A stretch of 64,000 nucleotides of DNA from the human T2T-CHM13v2.0 reference genome, Homo sapiens. Position numbers and translations under genes: made by a program. Shown here piece after piece: positions 60,751 through 64,000 of this stretch (positions within the stretch are counted from its first letter, which is position 1; every line of letters starts with the position of its first letter). The notes under the pieces were generated by a model. The model saw only the letters and a program-made list of their open reading frames with translations, ran no database searches and had not been told where the DNA came from. The stretch is taken from the NCBI RefSeq assembly GCF_009914755.1, contig NC_060939.1; one strand, 5' to 3'.

Positions 60751-62679
60751 TTTTCAGCTTTCTTCTTGGATATACTCCGATTCCGCCTGGAGAGGCCTCA
60801 GAATAAGGGGAAGGCTATACCTCCTCTGCTCTCTGCCCCATCTTCATTTTGCCCATTCTGCGTGGGCCATGGTTTCCACCTCAGAGGGCATCAGGGCCTC
60901 CCGGATGCGATGTTTGGATGTGATGCCAGCTACACACATGTTGCATGAGCACCCCCATGCACCCCATGCTACCTCAGAAAACAATTTTTTGAATCCCTGT
61001 GTTATTTCAGAATTGCTTTGGGGATACACTTGCAAATAATGAGCTCCAGAGGAGACTGGGAAGGTGAGGGGGGCTCCTGCGACTTGGTCTGATTCCAGCT
61101 CAGGTAATTACATTTCTGCCTCCCTTATCTCCCGCCACTTCAATCAGATAGCTGGTCTCCTTCATCTCTCCTCTTCAACCAGGCTGACACCAGGGCGGGG
61201 GCTGGGGCTGCAGCCTTCCCACCCACACAAAGGGTGTGAGCTGCCCCCACAGCGTGGGGCTCGAGAGGTGGTTCCGAGACAAAGAGAAGACGGAGAGCTG
61301 CCCAAGTGCGTCCTTTGATCTCACTAAGATGCTTTCGCATAATACGGTCCATACTATTTTTCTTCCTTAGCCCTCTCATTCTGCTGGGAGGGAGTCGGTG
61401 AGGGAGAATTCACCCCACCATCAGCACCCACCTGCTTTTTCACTGAAGTCATTATGTGCCAATAACCAGTCCTGGAAATCTCTGTCCAGAACCTTCCACT
61501 GAATCACAAAGAGCGAACAATGTCCTAACGGTTTGTTTCATCCTGTGTCTCCCCTCCCGTATCTAACCCTCTCTCGGACTGGCTTTTCTTTTGGATCGTA
61601 GACGGGTGGTTAACTTAGAACTCCGCTGTCTAAAAGAAAATCTTCTGGTAATAAAAAAATATAAATAAAACAAGAGAAAGAAAATATACAGTGGGACAAG
61701 GTCAGGAGGAAACTGGATTCACTTCATGTTGTGCAGAAGCATCATTCACTTCCTTCTGGCTCCCGGTCAGATTTGGTTTCCAGAGGAGGCAGCTCCTGGG
61801 AGCCTATCTATCACCTCTCGCAAGCAGAGTGTCAAGAGTTTAATTTAAATGTGGCCCTTCCCTGATGTCAGAAGCCACCTTGCCACGCTAAGCCATGGGG
61901 AAAATAGCACTTCCTTTCATACAGCATTTTTGATGAACTATAACAGCAGTAGAAAAGGGTGGGGAAGAAATATATTTGTGGCATAGAATTTAAGTTGAAA
62001 TTTGAGTTCAGTGAGGAAGCTCATAAACACAGCTCCTTACAGAAGGAGAGCGGGGAGAGGGCTGTTGACAGGAGACGCTGTGGGAATCACTTCACCTGGG
62101 TCTTACTGGTTTGCAGATGTGCTATTCTGAACAGTCATCGTAACTGGAAAATAAGTTGGCTTTTCAACAAATAATTCAAATTGTATGAAGCTAAGACACT
62201 TGCATGGAAATTCTGCCCCATTCTGTAGTTTCCCACTCCTGGGTGAGGCCAACCATTAGAAACAGATTTATGAAGAGCTCTTCGTTTGGGGCAATTCCAG
62301 CGATTATGGAAAATGTGAGTTAAAATTTTAGGCTGGTGGCTCAAGGCAAACTTTGAAGACACTTTGCTAACAGATTTTATGTGGATCGTGAGTGTCAGGA
62401 CCTGGTGCTGCTCCTGGACTCTGCTGGTCCCTCTCCCTTCTCACAACTCCTTGTCTCGCACTCAGGTTCCCTTCCACCTGGCATGCTGCCACCAAATTAA
62501 ACTCCTAAAGCATCACTGGGTCGCACCCAAGACGCCAAACTCCTCAAGGGCACTTCTACAGTTTGACATCCAAGGCCATAAAATATCTGCCCAAATGATT
62601 TCAGCCCTGGGGTGCTGAAGCTCCCACAGCCAGGCTCCAGGCTGTCCTGCCATGCGCCTTAGCTGGTGCTGTGACCTTC

Positions 62680-64000
62680 ACCTGCACCACCTCCCCCTCC
62701 TTCACACACCCCAGCCCCCATCACCTCCCCCTCCACACACACCCCAGCCCCCATCACCTCCCCCTCCACACACACCCCAGCCCCCATCACCTCCCCCTCC
62801 ACACACACCCCAGCCCCCATCACCTCCCCCTCCACACACACCAGCCCCCCACATCACCTCCCCCTCCTCCACACACACCAGCCGCCCAAATTGCCTCCCC
62901 CTTCACACACTCCATCCCCCCAAATCACCTCCCCTCGACACACCCCAGCCCCTCACATCACCTCCCCTCCACACACACCCCAGCCCCCCACATCACCTCC
63001 CCCTCCTCCACACACCCCAGCCCCCCACATCACCTCCCCCTCCTCCACACACACCCCAGCCCCCCACATCACCTCCCCCTCCTCCACACACCCCAGGCCC
63101 CCCACATCGCCTCCCCCTCCACACACACCCCAGGCCCCCCACATCACCTCCCCCTCCTCCACACACCCTAGGCCCCCCACATCGCCTCCCCCTCCTCCAC
63201 ACACCCCAGCCCCCCACATCGCCTCCCCCTCCACACACACCCCAGGCCCCCCACATCGCCTCCCCCTCCACACACACCCCAGGCCCCCCACATCGCCTCC
63301 CCCTCCACACACACCCCAGGCCCCCCACATCACCTCCACCTCCACACACTCCAGCCCCTCCTCATCGCCTCCCCCTCCACACATACCCCAGGCCCCCCAC
63401 ATCACCTCCACCTCCACACACACCCCAGGCCCCCCACATCGCCTCCCCCTCCACACACCCCAGCCCCCCACATCGCCTCCCCCTCCACACACCCCAGCCC
63501 CTCCTCATCGCCTCCCCCTCCACACACACCCCAGGCCCCCCACATCGCCTCCCCCTCCACACACACCCCAGGCCCCCCACATCACCTCCACCTCCACACA
63601 CTCCAGCCCCTCCTCATCGCCTCCCCCTCCACACATACCCCAGGCCCCCCACATCACCTCCACCTCCACACACACCCCAGGCCCCCCACATCGCCTCCCC
63701 CTCCACACACACCCCAGGCCCCCCACATCACCTCCACCTCCACACACACCCCAGGCCCCCCACATCGCCTCCCCCTCCACACACACCCCAGGCCCCCCAC
63801 ATCGCCTCCCCCTCCTCCACACACCCCAGCCCCCCACATCGCCTCCCCCTCCACACACACCCCAGGCCCCTCCTCATCGCCTCCCCCTCCACACACACCC
63901 CAGCCCCCATCACCTCCCCCTCCACACACACCAGCCCCCCACATCACCTCCCCCTCCTCCACACACCCCAGCCCGACAAGCCCCCCCATATCACCTCCCC
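62680..64000. repeat. C/A-rich VNTR with 33-40 bp units in an ENTREP2 intron, running to the window edge
   Basis: Unit approximately CCCCAGGCCCCCCACATCGCCTCCCCCTCCACACACA (37 bp); the first copies are 33 bp. Confidence 0.95.

Noticed and set aside
62659-63989. Repetitive Gly/Val- or His/Pro-rich ORFs
   Set aside because: Products of the VNTR
62680-64000. CRISPR-like repeat array
   Set aside because: No unique spacers, eukaryotic context and no cas genes; it is a minisatellite

Overview
Mammalian (human, chr15q13.1-type) genomic DNA containing the 3' ends of two convergent genes. On the + strand are the last 11 coding exons of APBA2 (X11-like/Mint2). They encode 432 C-terminal residues (PTB, PDZ1, PDZ2, ...TPLYI*), with the stop at 48647-48649 and a 3'UTR ending near 49835. 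On the - strand are the last 4 coding exons of ENTREP2/FAM189A1. They encode 230 residues ending ...ADVLDQV*, with a 3'UTR running to about 51355. All exons were reconstructed by hand with GT-AG boundaries and consistent phases. The introns hold Alu, L1, L2, MIR, MER20/MER3/MER58, MLT1 and MER21-like repeats, an intragenic CpG island with CTCF motifs, a UG-rich tract and a C-rich VNTR at the right edge. Almost all supplied ORFs are spurious. I found no convincing undescribed gene system. The best leads are RNA-processing hypotheses: a candidate TDP-43-type cryptic exon in the last APBA2 intron, a basic 36-nt microexon, inverted Alus around PTB exons, bidirectional poly(A) clusters, an ENTREP2 stop codon inside a splice donor, and a palindromic two-strand donor.
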